DNA from: Planctomycetota bacterium
Lineage (GTDB): Bacteria > Planctomycetota > UBA8742 > JACQVU01 > JANLHZ01
Reading direction: 5' to 3'
NCBI GenBank assembly: GCA_024653775.1
Contig: JANLHZ010000037.1
Location: 1 to 64,000, forward strand
DNA length: 64,000 nucleotides
Made by a program: the position numbers and the translations under genes. Under the pieces are notes generated by a model. It made no database searches and was not told the DNA's origin. It saw only the letters and a program-made list of their open reading frames with translations. Shown here piece after piece: positions 1-8,875 of the stretch (positions are counted from its first letter, which is position 1; every line of letters begins with the position of its first letter).

Positions 1-73
1 ATGCATTCCCCGCGTCGAAAAGTGATATAATTTGGAATGATGACTACAGCAGCGGGAAATTAAATTTCAGTTC

Positions 74-959
74 CTACGGTGAATAACACGGGATAAAAGT
101 CGCCCATAAGGAATTATCGATACTTTTTTCCTTCTTTTTTGCTTCCACAAACGCTGAATTAGCGTCAGAGAAAATCCTCTCGATTTCGGCTTCCGCTTGT
201 TTTTGAAGCGAAGACAGCAAACGCAACTGCGAATTTATATACTCTTTCGCCTCTTTTTTTGATTGGAAACTTACGACGTCTTCAAAGGTTTTTTCGATGA
301 GATCGTTTGATTGCTCGACGAAAACTTGTACCACACTATAAATATCTGAGAGTAATTGATTCAGTTTTCGCTGAAGTGTGATTTTAACGTCGTTGTCAAT
401 AGAACGATATACTTTCGCTGTAAATGTGCCGTTCCAACTACCATAATCGACTAATGAATCTTGCTCGTCATAGAACTGAAGCCAGCCGGAGCCGGAGTAG
501 GTGCCGTCGATGGTGACTATTATGCCGGTGCCGTCGTCAGAGGGCTTTCTAGTTATCGTACTCGTGAACGTGGCGTTACCCTCGAAAACGTTGCTTGTCT
601 CTTCGTCAGAAAGAACCTGGTGAAAATTCACAGTCACAAAATCGCCGACAACATTCCCACTCAGCGTTATGGACGGATCGGGCGATTCGAACTCCAGCGT
701 TCCGTCATCGTGGTGGATCACCGGTATCAGCGACGTTGTTCCCTGCTGCGCGTATTCAGGCCATTTACCGTAGGTCGATGAGCCGGAGAGGAGGGTCATG
801 TTGAAAATCCAGTCCCCGGTGAGGTTGTTTTCTTCTTGCGTTTGAGATCGCGCGGGGGAACTGCCAAGTAACGAGAAAGCAACGGTTGCGAGTCCGATAA
901 CTAATGTTTTACGCCAGTTACATTGCGAAATGGGGGGGGCAATGCGATACGTTTTTCAT
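74..959 (-). CDS. Hypothetical exported protein, frameshifted at a G8 run (932-939). The ORF track gives only 74..799.
   Basis: ATG at 959 has GGAG 6 nt upstream. Removing one base from the G8 run gives MKNVSHCPPISQCNWRKTLVIGLATVAFSLLGSSPARSQ..., a signal peptide that continues in frame into the 241-aa ORF. Beta-rich N-half, coiled-coil-like C-terminus. Confidence 0.6.
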
Positions 960-1190
960 TTCGATCTCCGAGATTGTGAAACCAAACCGAGGTATCGTGA
1001 ATTATAGGTTGTCATTACGTCGTGTCAAATTATTTCTCCGGCATTGATTAGAAAAACTACCACATAGATAGTTGTGCGTTCGAGCCGGTCACGCCTGGAG
1101 ATCGCGCCCGAAAAGACTGATGATGTCGCGCTGGTCCACGTAGCCAGCGCGAGTATGACGGTTTCATCAGTAATTCGTAATTCCCGATTT

Positions 1191-2039
1191 CTAATTCTTC
1201 CGTCCTGATAGCGCGCGCGCGGCGAAGAAGATCATCAGCAGGGAGAATCCCGCGCACACCGCGAGGCAGGTCGTCATCGTCGGCGCGTCGACATCCGAGG
1301 GAGCAAGATTCGAAAGTGCGCCGCGGAGGGCGTAGCAGCCGTAGGTCATCGGGTTCACGAGCATCGTCCACTGAACGTGCTCGTGCGCGCCGCTATAAGG
1401 GAACATCGCTCCGGAAAGCATCCACATCGGAAGCAGAACGAGGTTCATCACGCCGTGGAAGCCGCCGACGGAATTGATTTTCCACGCGAAGAAAAATCCC
1501 ATCCCGGTTAGTCCCGCGGAAACGATCAGCAGCACTCCAATCGCTGCGAGCGCGCCTAGGAACGAGAACGAAAGCCCCGCAAGCGGCGCGAACGCGAGCA
1601 GAAGACAGCTCTGGATGAACACGACGATGCACGTCCCGATGACCTTTCCGACCACGATCGAAAACCTCGACACGGGCGCGACCAGCACCGCCTGCAGGAA
1701 TCCTTCGTTACGGTCCTCGATCACGGAGATCGTCGAGAAGATGCTCGAAAAAAGCACCATCATCAGAATGATTCCGGGGTAGAAATAGATCGCGTATGTC
1801 TCGCCCGGGGTCTGCTCCGCGAAGCTCTTCTGCATTCCGAAGCCGAGCATCGCCCAGAATATCACGGGCGTCGCGAGCGCGCCGATCAGCCTCGATCGCT
1901 GTCGGAAGAACCTGACGCCTTCCCGTAGTCCAAGGGTGAGCGACGGCAGAACGAACGACGTGTAAATCGACGACTCCTTTACGTCGAAGTCCGTCGCTAC
2001 TCCAATTGGCTGCGATTGTGAAATAGCTGTGTCAGTCAT
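1191..2039 (-). CDS. ABC-2 type transporter permease (DrrB/NodJ-like)
   Basis: About 6 hydrophobic segments. Motifs YFYPGI...SIFSTISVIEDRNEGFLQAVLVAPVSR and LSGAMFP...VNPMTY are typical of ABC-2 permeases. Confidence 0.9.
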   Translation of the reverse strand: MTDTAISQSQPIGVATDFDVKESSIYTSFVLPSLTLGLREGVRFFRQRSRLIGALATPVIFWAMLGFGMQKSFAEQTPGETYAIYFYPGIILMMVLFSSIFSTISVIEDRNEGFLQAVLVAPVSRFSIVVGKVIGTCIVVFIQSCLLLAFAPLAGLSFSFLGALAAIGVLLIVSAGLTGMGFFFAWKINSVGGFHGVMNLVLLPMWMLSGAMFPYSGAHEHVQWTMLVNPMTYGCYALRGALSNLAPSDVDAPTMTTCLAVCAGFSLLMIFFAARALSGRKN

Positions 2040-2770
2040 TCGTCGTCCTTCCAGTCCTGTAAGTCGGGTGCGCTGATCATTTCGAGTTCGAGCATATCCC
2101 CGATGCGCTTCGAAAATCCAGAGTCAGAGAATTCCGGCTGCCCTTCGCCATCGACCTCGAAAAATACCGCGAACCGGTACACCAGCGGCATGTTCCATTC
2201 GCGAGGCTGCGATCCGCCAAGGGTGACGACCTCTTTCACCAGATAATCGCTGTAGTCGTTTTCCAACGAGCACGCCGGGCAGTCCCGCGGCAAGTGCTTT
2301 TTGTACAGAGGCTCGTACTTGTGCTCGGAAGCGATCTCGAATTGGTGCCCGCAGCTTCCGCACGAAGGCAGATGGGGCGGGTTCGGAAACAGCAAACGAT
2401 GCTGCATAACGAACCTGACGCCGACTTCGTAACGCGCCAGCTCGTCTCGCCTCGCGACTACGAGAGGAACGTCGACCTCATCGGGATTCTGTCCGGAGCC
2501 TTCGAAAACGACGGTCCTGGAAAATTCGAGGTTTCGAGGCCTTTGAAGGTACACGAAGTCGATCGCCTCGCGGACGTTCCTGAAATTCAGGGACGCGACT
2601 CCCTTCGGCCTTCCGACCAGGCACCGGAGAGGCGACGCCCTGCCTTCGTCAAGCTCCGGGCCCAGCACCTCTGGCAGGATCCCCCGCACTAGAAGATGCT
2701 CGAGCAGCAGCACGACTTTCTGGAAGACCGGCTGCTTTCCTGGAACCTTTGGTATGAGCAGAAGTTTCAT
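2036..2770 (-). CDS. Hypothetical protein with putative Zn-ribbon (CGSC...CPAC)
   Basis: 244-aa ORF with a 4-nt overlap onto the permease start (coupled) and two CxxC pairs. Confidence 0.6.
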   Translation of the reverse strand: MKLLLIPKVPGKQPVFQKVVLLLEHLLVRGILPEVLGPELDEGRASPLRCLVGRPKGVASLNFRNVREAIDFVYLQRPRNLEFSRTVVFEGSGQNPDEVDVPLVVARRDELARYEVGVRFVMQHRLLFPNPPHLPSCGSCGHQFEIASEHKYEPLYKKHLPRDCPACSLENDYSDYLVKEVVTLGGSQPREWNMPLVYRFAVFFEVDGEGQPEFSDSGFSKRIGDMLELEMISAPDLQDWKDDE

Positions 2771-2782
2771 TCCGGCGCGGAG

Positions 2783-2968
2783 TTAGGAGTCTGAAACTAA
2801 TAAGTGATACATCTCGCATCTCATATTCACGTCATCTTCACATCGCGCTCAATCGTCAAATCCTCATCGGAACTATAGCTACGACTGCGGTTTGACTCAA
2901 TCGCGCAATGCGAATCTGCCGCAACTCTGAGCGCGATTTTGTACAACTTATTAATTTCAGACTCCTTA
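2783..2968 (-). mobile_element. 186-bp MITE, family A copy 1
   Basis: Terminal inverted repeats TTAGGAGTCTGAAACTAATAAG / CTTATTAATTTCAGACTCCTTA. The interior is the reverse complement of the interiors at 26583-26768 and 59770-59955. Confidence 0.8.
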
Positions 2969-3157
2969 TGGCCAATCGAGTATGCCGTGAAGGTAACTAT
3001 TTGCGCTACGATTCGCAAGTATGGTTTTCATCCCTTTGGACGCGGGATACAATTAGAATAGTTGTCGGCGGTTGTTTTTTAGTCGTTGGCGGGCAAAGGC
3101 TGGCAATCGGAGTTTTGTTCGATCCGAAATTTGAAATCGCAAACTGTGGAGGTCGTT

Positions 3158-4339
3158 ATGTCGAATCCAGTAATCGTTGGTGGAAAAAGAACCGCAATCG
3201 GAAAGTTCCTCGGCGGACTTTCATCGATCGAAGCGCCTCAGCTTGGCGCGGTCGCGATCAAAGCCGCGATTGCGGACGCGGGCATCGAGGCGAGCGCGAT
3301 CGAAGAATGTATTATGGGTAACGTCTGCGGCGCCGGGATAGGGCAGAACCCCGCAAGGCAGGCCGCGAGAGTCGCGGGTCTTCCGGACGCGATCGGCAGC
3401 TTCACCATCAACAAGGTCTGCGGCAGCGGACTGAAGGCTGTGATGCTCGCGGCGCAGGCTATCAAGGCCGGCGACGCAAACGCGATCGTGGCAGGAGGGA
3501 TGGAAAGCATGTCGAACGTGCCGTTCTACGTCAACGGCATCCGTAATGGCGTAAAGATGGGAAACCAGAACCTTATTGACGGTATGATCGTCGACGGACT
3601 CTGGGACAAGTACTACGACTTCCACATGGGTATGACCGGCGAGGCGGTCGCGGAGAAATACGACGTCAGCAGGGAGGCTCAGGACAAGTTCGCCGCTTCG
3701 AGCCACGCGAAGGCCGCGAAGGCGATCGCGGACGGAATCTTCGCGCGGGAGATCGTTTCGGTTTCGATTCCGCAGAGAAAAGGCGATCCGGTGGTTTTCG
3801 ACGTAGATGAAGCCGTGCGCGCGGATACGACTCAGGAGACACTTTCGAAGCTGCGCCCCGCGTTCAAGAAGGACGGGACCGTCACCGCGGGGAACGCGCC
3901 CGGCGTCAATGACGGCGCTGCGGCGCTGGTCGTGATGAGCGAATCGCGCGCGAAGGAACTCGGCGCGCAGCCCTGCGCCCGAATACTCGGCTACGCTACG
4001 GGCGGCGTCGATCCGAAGTGGGTGATGATGGCTCCCGTGGAAGCGATCAAAAACCTGAACAGGAAGCTCGGGACCAAGGTCGGCGATTTCGATCTTTTCG
4101 AGCTGAACGAAGCCTTCAGCGTCCAGGCGCTTGCCTGTACCCGCGAAACCGGCATCGATCCGGAAAAGGTGAATATTCTCGGCGGAGCGGTCGCGCTCGG
4201 ACACCCGATCGGAGCGAGCGGCGCGCGCGTGCTCGTCACGCTGATGAACGCGCTCGAAACCCGCGGCAAAACCCGCGGCGTCGCGGCGCTCTGCCTCGGC
4301 GGAGGCAACGCGGTCGCAATGGCGATCGAACTTGTTTGA
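3158..4339 (+). CDS. atoB: Acetyl-CoA C-acetyltransferase (biosynthetic thiolase)
   Basis: Motifs TINKVCGSGLK (catalytic Cys), NEAF, GHPIGASG and LCLGGG. GGAGG precedes the ATG at 3158 (the ORF track starts at 3086). Confidence 0.95.
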   Translation: MSNPVIVGGKRTAIGKFLGGLSSIEAPQLGAVAIKAAIADAGIEASAIEECIMGNVCGAGIGQNPARQAARVAGLPDAIGSFTINKVCGSGLKAVMLAAQAIKAGDANAIVAGGMESMSNVPFYVNGIRNGVKMGNQNLIDGMIVDGLWDKYYDFHMGMTGEAVAEKYDVSREAQDKFAASSHAKAAKAIADGIFAREIVSVSIPQRKGDPVVFDVDEAVRADTTQETLSKLRPAFKKDGTVTAGNAPGVNDGAAALVVMSESRAKELGAQPCARILGYATGGVDPKWVMMAPVEAIKNLNRKLGTKVGDFDLFELNEAFSVQALACTRETGIDPEKVNILGGAVALGHPIGASGARVLVTLMNALETRGKTRGVAALCLGGGNAVAMAIELV

Positions 4340-4362
4340 TGAACCGACGGTTCAACTATAAC

Positions 4363-4398
4363 ACATTTTATTCGTGCCGTCTACGAATTTATTGTAAT
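4363..4398. repeat. ~40-bp palindromic intergenic element (core ATTCGTRCCGTCTACGAAT), copy 1
   Basis: The same core occurs at 15009-15027, 16636-16654, 16718-16736 (inverted), 52208-52226 (inverted) and 57228-57246. Confidence 0.8.
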
Positions 4399-4412
4399 CT
4401 TATGTCCCGCGC

Positions 4413-5384
4413 TTAAATCCGTTCACTTGCGGAATCGACTATCAGACCGATCAGGTCGCGGAACGAGAGGCCGAATTTGCCGCAGAGAATCGGAAGGTCC
4501 GAATGCACCGGATTCAGCCCCGCGAGCGGGTTGACCTCGATGAAGTTGATTCGTCCGGTCGCGTCCGCGCGGACGTCGATTCTTCCCGCGTCGCGGCAGC
4601 CGATCGCGCGCCAGGCGCCAAGCGCGACCCCTCCGGCCTCGCGCTGGACCTCCTCGTCCGGAACGTCGTACGTGACTTTGCCCTCGTACTGATCCTTGTT
4701 CGCGAAGCCGTACTGACCGGCCTCCGCGTCTTTTCCGAGGTGTACCTCCATCATCCCGAGAACCCGCGCCTTCCGCCCCGTCCCGCCGATTCCGACGGTG
4801 AACTCCCGCCCCGGAAGATACGTCTCGACGAGCACGCCGAGTTTGTACTCCGCGAGCAGGCGCACGCAAGTCTCGCGCAGTTCCGCGGCGTTCGCGATTC
4901 TCGACTTCGCGCTGATTCCCTTGCCGGTGCCTTCCGCGACTGGTTTTGCGAACAGCGGGTACGGAAGCCGGACGTCCGCGACGTCGTTCGCGCAGGTGAC
5001 GACGTGGAAATCCGCCGTCGGTACGCCTGCGTCCCGCACGACGCGCTTCGTTTGCCCTTTGTGCAGCGTCAGCGCGCTGACAAGCACGTCGCTGAACGTG
5101 TACGGAATCTCGTACGCGTCGAGAAGCGCGGGCACCTGCGCCTCGCGCCCGATGCCGTGCATTCCTTCCGCGATGTTGAAAACGAGGTCCCAGCGCTCTC
5201 CGCTGACGACGCGCTTCGCGAGCGCCTTGAAATTTCCGATGCGATCGACCGTGTGCCCGAGGCTTTCGAGCGCGCCCGCTATCCCGTCGATGGTGTCGGG
5301 CTTGTCGAACTCCGCGGCCTGCTCGCGGGTGTAACCTTCCGCGAGCCAGTCGTAGATCAGGTCGTATGTGAATCCAATAAGCAT
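4413..5384 (-). CDS. D-alanine--D-alanine ligase-like ATP-grasp enzyme (non-canonical Ddl)
   Basis: Motifs DLVFNIAEG, LFAKPVAEGTGKGI, ETYLPGREFTV, GRIDVR and FIEVNPLAGL. Lacks the GGxSxE N-terminus of true Ddl. Confidence 0.85.
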   Translation of the reverse strand: MLIGFTYDLIYDWLAEGYTREQAAEFDKPDTIDGIAGALESLGHTVDRIGNFKALAKRVVSGERWDLVFNIAEGMHGIGREAQVPALLDAYEIPYTFSDVLVSALTLHKGQTKRVVRDAGVPTADFHVVTCANDVADVRLPYPLFAKPVAEGTGKGISAKSRIANAAELRETCVRLLAEYKLGVLVETYLPGREFTVGIGGTGRKARVLGMMEVHLGKDAEAGQYGFANKDQYEGKVTYDVPDEEVQREAGGVALGAWRAIGCRDAGRIDVRADATGRINFIEVNPLAGLNPVHSDLPILCGKFGLSFRDLIGLIVDSASERI

Positions 5385-5405
5385 AGTAGTCAGTAGTCAG
5401 TAGTC
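5385..5405. repeat. Heptamer tandem repeat (AGTAGTC)x3
   Basis: Directly readable and abuts the ATG at 5384. The same heptamer occurs at 12368-12395. Confidence 0.8.
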
Positions 5406-5497
5406 ATAGAATTAGAAACTTGCTCGAAATTCCGCTGCGCAGACGCGCATAGGCTATAAGAGCATTTTTATTTCCGCGCTGAAGAAATTCGTGGATT

Positions 5498-7075
5498 TCA
5501 GACACTCGCAAGTCTCTTCGAATAGACGAGCTGCGAGTCGCCTTCATCGTAATATTCGTCGAGCGTCGCAACCAGAGTCCAGCCCATCTTGATATAAAAA
5601 CCGCGGGTGCTTTCGTACAGATCTCTCGACGACGTCTGCAGGAACGCGCGCCTGCCGCCCAGGTTCGCGATCTCTTTCTCGGTGCGCTTCATCAGCTTCC
5701 CGCCGACGCCCGCGCCGCGGATCGACTGATCGACTGCGATCCAGTAGAGATCGAAGCTGCCCGCTGCGCCTGGGATCCTGCCGAAGCAGGTGTAGCCCGC
5801 GACGCGCCCTTCGATTTCCGCGAAAACGAACTCGTAGGTGCTCTCGGCGCCTTTGTCGAGCTTTTCCTGCACGAGTTCCACCGCGATATCGATTTCCTCC
5901 GCGTAGAAGTAGCCCGAGCTTGCTACTATCCCGCGCACCGCTTCGAGGTCGTCGGCGCGAACCTCCAGTCGAAATGAAATCTCCGGCGATTTTCGATTTT
6001 CGGAAGGATCGAGGATCGAGGATCGAGGATCGAGTTTTTTCACTTCCGACTCCCGACTTTCGATTCTTGACTTCGGCTCCCTCGACTCTGCTTCCGCGAT
6101 AATCTCCCGCACCACGTCCGCGTACGACAGCCCCCGTCGCTCCGCCGCGGAGATGAACCCTGAGTCGGGCGCGATTCCCGGATTCGCGTTGATTTCGAGC
6201 ACGAATACCCGTCCGCCCTCATCGACTCGAAAATCGACCCGCGAATAGCTCCGCAGTCCGAATATTTCCGCGCAGGACATGGCTGCGCGCCGCAGCTTCG
6301 AAAGCAGGAGCGCGTCCTCCTTCGGAAAATCGAACGTCCGCACGGTCCGGTGATATTCCGGCGCGTCTTCGTTCCACTTCGCGTCGTAGTGCACGATCTT
6401 CAGCTTGTCCGCGTCGTAATCCCTGAACGTCATCTCCGCTATCGGCAGCACCTCGATGACGCCTCGGATGGAAAGCAGCGAGACGTTGAACTCCCGGCCG
6501 TCGATGAACTCTTCGGCGAAGCTGCTCGAATTCGTCTTCTCTTCCGCGCGGCGCACGAGCGCGAGGAGGTCGTCATCGCCTTCGGCCTCGCGGACGCTTT
6601 CGTCATCGATGCCGATGGAGGCGTGCTCCCAGACGCTCTTTCCGATGAACCGCGCCGGAAAGTGAACGTTGCCCGTCAGGCCTTCGCCAGGGACGAACCA
6701 CGCAGGAGTCTGGATCCCGCCCTGGCGCATAATTCGTTTAGAGAAGACTTTATTCGTCGTCGCGTTCAACGATGACGCGCTCTCCCCGGCGTAGGGGATG
6801 CCGAGGTTTTCGAGCAGCGCCGGCGCAAGCGGGAGATAGCAGCCCCTGCCCGCGACGGTGTCGACGATGTTGAAAACGACGTCCGGCTTCAACCTTCGAA
6901 GCTCCGCCTCCGCGCGAGAGACGTCGGTTGTCAGTTCGACGACGATCCCGCGACACCCGATTTCCGCGAGAGCCGCGAGGATCGCTTTCGACGTAATTAC
7001 CGAGTCCTGCTCGTCCGCTCCAGAATTCTTCGCAATAGCGGACATAAGGACCGCCACGAGTTTTTTGTCTGTCAT
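5498..7075 (-). CDS. ATP-grasp (Ddl-like) ligase fused to C-terminal GNAT N-acetyltransferase
   Basis: N-part has DVVFN, EEFIDGREFNV, YSRVDFRVD and LEINANP. C-part has FDLYWIAVDQSIRGAGVGGKLM (acetyl-CoA motif A) and TRGFYIKMGW. Confidence 0.85.
   Translation of the reverse strand: MTDKKLVAVLMSAIAKNSGADEQDSVITSKAILAALAEIGCRGIVVELTTDVSRAEAELRRLKPDVVFNIVDTVAGRGCYLPLAPALLENLGIPYAGESASSLNATTNKVFSKRIMRQGGIQTPAWFVPGEGLTGNVHFPARFIGKSVWEHASIGIDDESVREAEGDDDLLALVRRAEEKTNSSSFAEEFIDGREFNVSLLSIRGVIEVLPIAEMTFRDYDADKLKIVHYDAKWNEDAPEYHRTVRTFDFPKEDALLLSKLRRAAMSCAEIFGLRSYSRVDFRVDEGGRVFVLEINANPGIAPDSGFISAAERRGLSYADVVREIIAEAESREPKSRIESRESEVKKLDPRSSILDPSENRKSPEISFRLEVRADDLEAVRGIVASSGYFYAEEIDIAVELVQEKLDKGAESTYEFVFAEIEGRVAGYTCFGRIPGAAGSFDLYWIAVDQSIRGAGVGGKLMKRTEKEIANLGGRRAFLQTSSRDLYESTRGFYIKMGWTLVATLDEYYDEGDSQLVYSKRLASV
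6006..6033. repeat. Heptamer tandem repeat (GGATCGA)x4 inside the ligase-GNAT linker
   Basis: Directly readable. Encodes LDPRSSILDP on the minus strand. Confidence 0.85.
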
Positions 7076-7084
7076 ATCGTTCGT

Positions 7085-7117
7085 CCCTCACCCGCGCCCT
7101 CTCCCGAAGGAGAGGGC
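7085..7117. repeat. REP-like hairpin CCCTCACCC..GCCCTCTCC-CGAA-GGAGAGGGC
   Basis: 9-bp stem. Related hairpins occur at 15064-15109 and 36935-36960. Confidence 0.65.
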
Positions 7118-7129
7118 AGGTGGGTTTCG

Positions 7130-8617
7130 CTATGCTCCGAAAGTGAACGAGCACTTAGGCGCGCCGAGGGCGTGCTGGACCGCTGCGGGAGCAGTGTCGG
7201 AGCTGCGGACGGGGACGTCCGCGGTCCCGGGTTTCGGGTCCGGATACGCGTACATCTTGTTCTCGTAGTTCGTGACGTACACGTTCTCTTCGTCCCGACC
7301 GGCCATATAGTTCGGCAGGATCGGAATCTTGCCGCCGCCGCCTGGGGCGTCGATGACGTAATGCGGGACCGCGTATCCCGTCGTGTGGCCGCGGAGACCT
7401 TTTATGATCTCGAGACCGGTTTCGACGGAAGTGCGGAAATGCTCGGAACCCGTTATCGGATCGCACTGGTAGAGATAGTACGGACGAACGCGGATCATAA
7501 GCAGTCCGTGCATCAGCTTCTTCATCGCGTCGACGTTATCGTTCACGCCTTTCAGAAGCACCGTCTGGCTTCCGAGCGGAATCCCCGCGTCCGCAAGCAT
7601 ATTACAGGCGGTGGAGACCTCGGGCGTCAACTCGTCCGGATGCGTGAAGTGGACGCTCATATAGAACGGATGATACTTGCGCAGCATCCGAACGAGCGGC
7701 TTCTTGATCCTCTGCGGCAGCACCACGGGCACTTTCGTACCGATGCGCAGGAACTCGACGTGCTTTATCGCGCGGAGACGCGAAAGCAGGTATTCGATCT
7801 GCGAATCGCCAAGAGTGAGCGGATCGCCGCCGGAAAGGAGGACGTCGCGGATCTCGGGATGTTGCGCGACGTATTCGATTCCCTGGTCGAGGACCGCGCG
7901 GTTGAACGTGCGCTTCTGCCCGCCTCCGACGAAGCGCGAGCGCGTGCAGTAGCGGCAGTACACCGAGCAGAAGTCCGTCGAGAGGAACAGAACACGGTCG
8001 GGATAGCGGTGGACGATGCTCGCGACGGGACTTGTGTGGTCCTCGCCGAGTGGGTCGTCGCTCTCGCCGACGCCTTTGGTCAGTTCGAGCGCTGTTGGAA
8101 TCATCGTCCTTCGGAGCGGATCCTGAGCATCCTTCCCGAAGATCAGGCTCGCGTAGTACGGCGTAATCCCGAGGGGGAAGCCCGTGCTTCCGCCGGCGAA
8201 GAAGTTTCTCTCATCGTCCGTGAGGTCGAAGTAGCGCTCGAGCTGGGAGGAATGTTTTATGCGGTTCCGAAGCTGCCAGGTCCAGTTGTTCCAGCTTTCG
8301 AGGCTGGCGTCCGGGAAGAACCGTTTTTTGAATGCGAGCGCAAGCGGACTGATTTTGTCGGAGCCGTCCTGGTTCGACGAGGTGGAGATGGTGAGGGCGG
8401 CTTCAGAGGCGGAGACGCTGCTTCCCTGGACGAGAAGCGCGGTGTGGGAAGTGGAAGGGAACTCCGCGATTATCGCGGTTTTGGCGCGCGATTTATTGCG
8501 TGCCAGGGTGGCCTTGGGCCTTGATTGAGGAGTTTTCGTTTTTCGGCGCAAATCTGGAGGCTCGGCGGCCTCACGGGTGCCAAACTCGTTATCTTCTCCT
8601 CCTGAGCCTTTACTCAT
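7130..8617 (-). CDS. kamA: KamA-family radical SAM/PLP enzyme (lysine 2,3-aminomutase-like)
   Basis: Motifs HRYPDRVLF, CSVYCRYC (radical SAM), LLSGGDPL, RPYYLYQCD and YVIDAPGGGGKIP (PLP Lys). Probable ATG at 8617 after AAAGGG (ORF track 8713). Long low-complexity N-terminus. Confidence 0.92.
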   Translation of the reverse strand: MSKGSGGEDNEFGTREAAEPPDLRRKTKTPQSRPKATLARNKSRAKTAIIAEFPSTSHTALLVQGSSVSASEAALTISTSSNQDGSDKISPLALAFKKRFFPDASLESWNNWTWQLRNRIKHSSQLERYFDLTDDERNFFAGGSTGFPLGITPYYASLIFGKDAQDPLRRTMIPTALELTKGVGESDDPLGEDHTSPVASIVHRYPDRVLFLSTDFCSVYCRYCTRSRFVGGGQKRTFNRAVLDQGIEYVAQHPEIRDVLLSGGDPLTLGDSQIEYLLSRLRAIKHVEFLRIGTKVPVVLPQRIKKPLVRMLRKYHPFYMSVHFTHPDELTPEVSTACNMLADAGIPLGSQTVLLKGVNDNVDAMKKLMHGLLMIRVRPYYLYQCDPITGSEHFRTSVETGLEIIKGLRGHTTGYAVPHYVIDAPGGGGKIPILPNYMAGRDEENVYVTNYENKMYAYPDPKPGTADVPVRSSDTAPAAVQHALGAPKCSFTFGA

Positions 8618-8875
8618 AACAAACCCTTTCCTGATCCGGGCACCTCTTGACCCCGGCAACTTTCGCGTGAGTTTCGAAATTTTCGCCTTGGGTCTTAAGG
8701 TACAAATTGTCACTCACTCTTAAGATCATATAAACACTTACTAGCCGGGTTTCAATTGGCTCACTTTCAAAAATGAAAATTATTTTTCGCATGTCAAAAA
8801 ACAACCCCCGTTGCGGTCTTCCGGACGTTTGTGATTTAATTTCCGGATTCCCGGACGATTCCAGAGGAGCGCGAC

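Noticed and set aside
2827..3018. Small ORFs over repeats (2827..3018, 59681..59911, 27224..27406, 14993..15223, 49876..50115, 19841..20074)
   Set aside because: They coincide with MITE/palindrome or AT-rich sequence and show no protein features.
4413..7075. Canonical ddl or a van-type resistance locus
   Set aside because: Both ligases lack the Ddl N-terminal GGxSxE motif, and there is no mur/vanHX context.
7130..8617. EF-P modification enzyme EpmB or glutamate 2,3-aminomutase
   Set aside because: No efp/epmA is nearby and the protein is longer than EpmB. The lysine-binding Asp residues are retained, unlike in the glutamate mutase.
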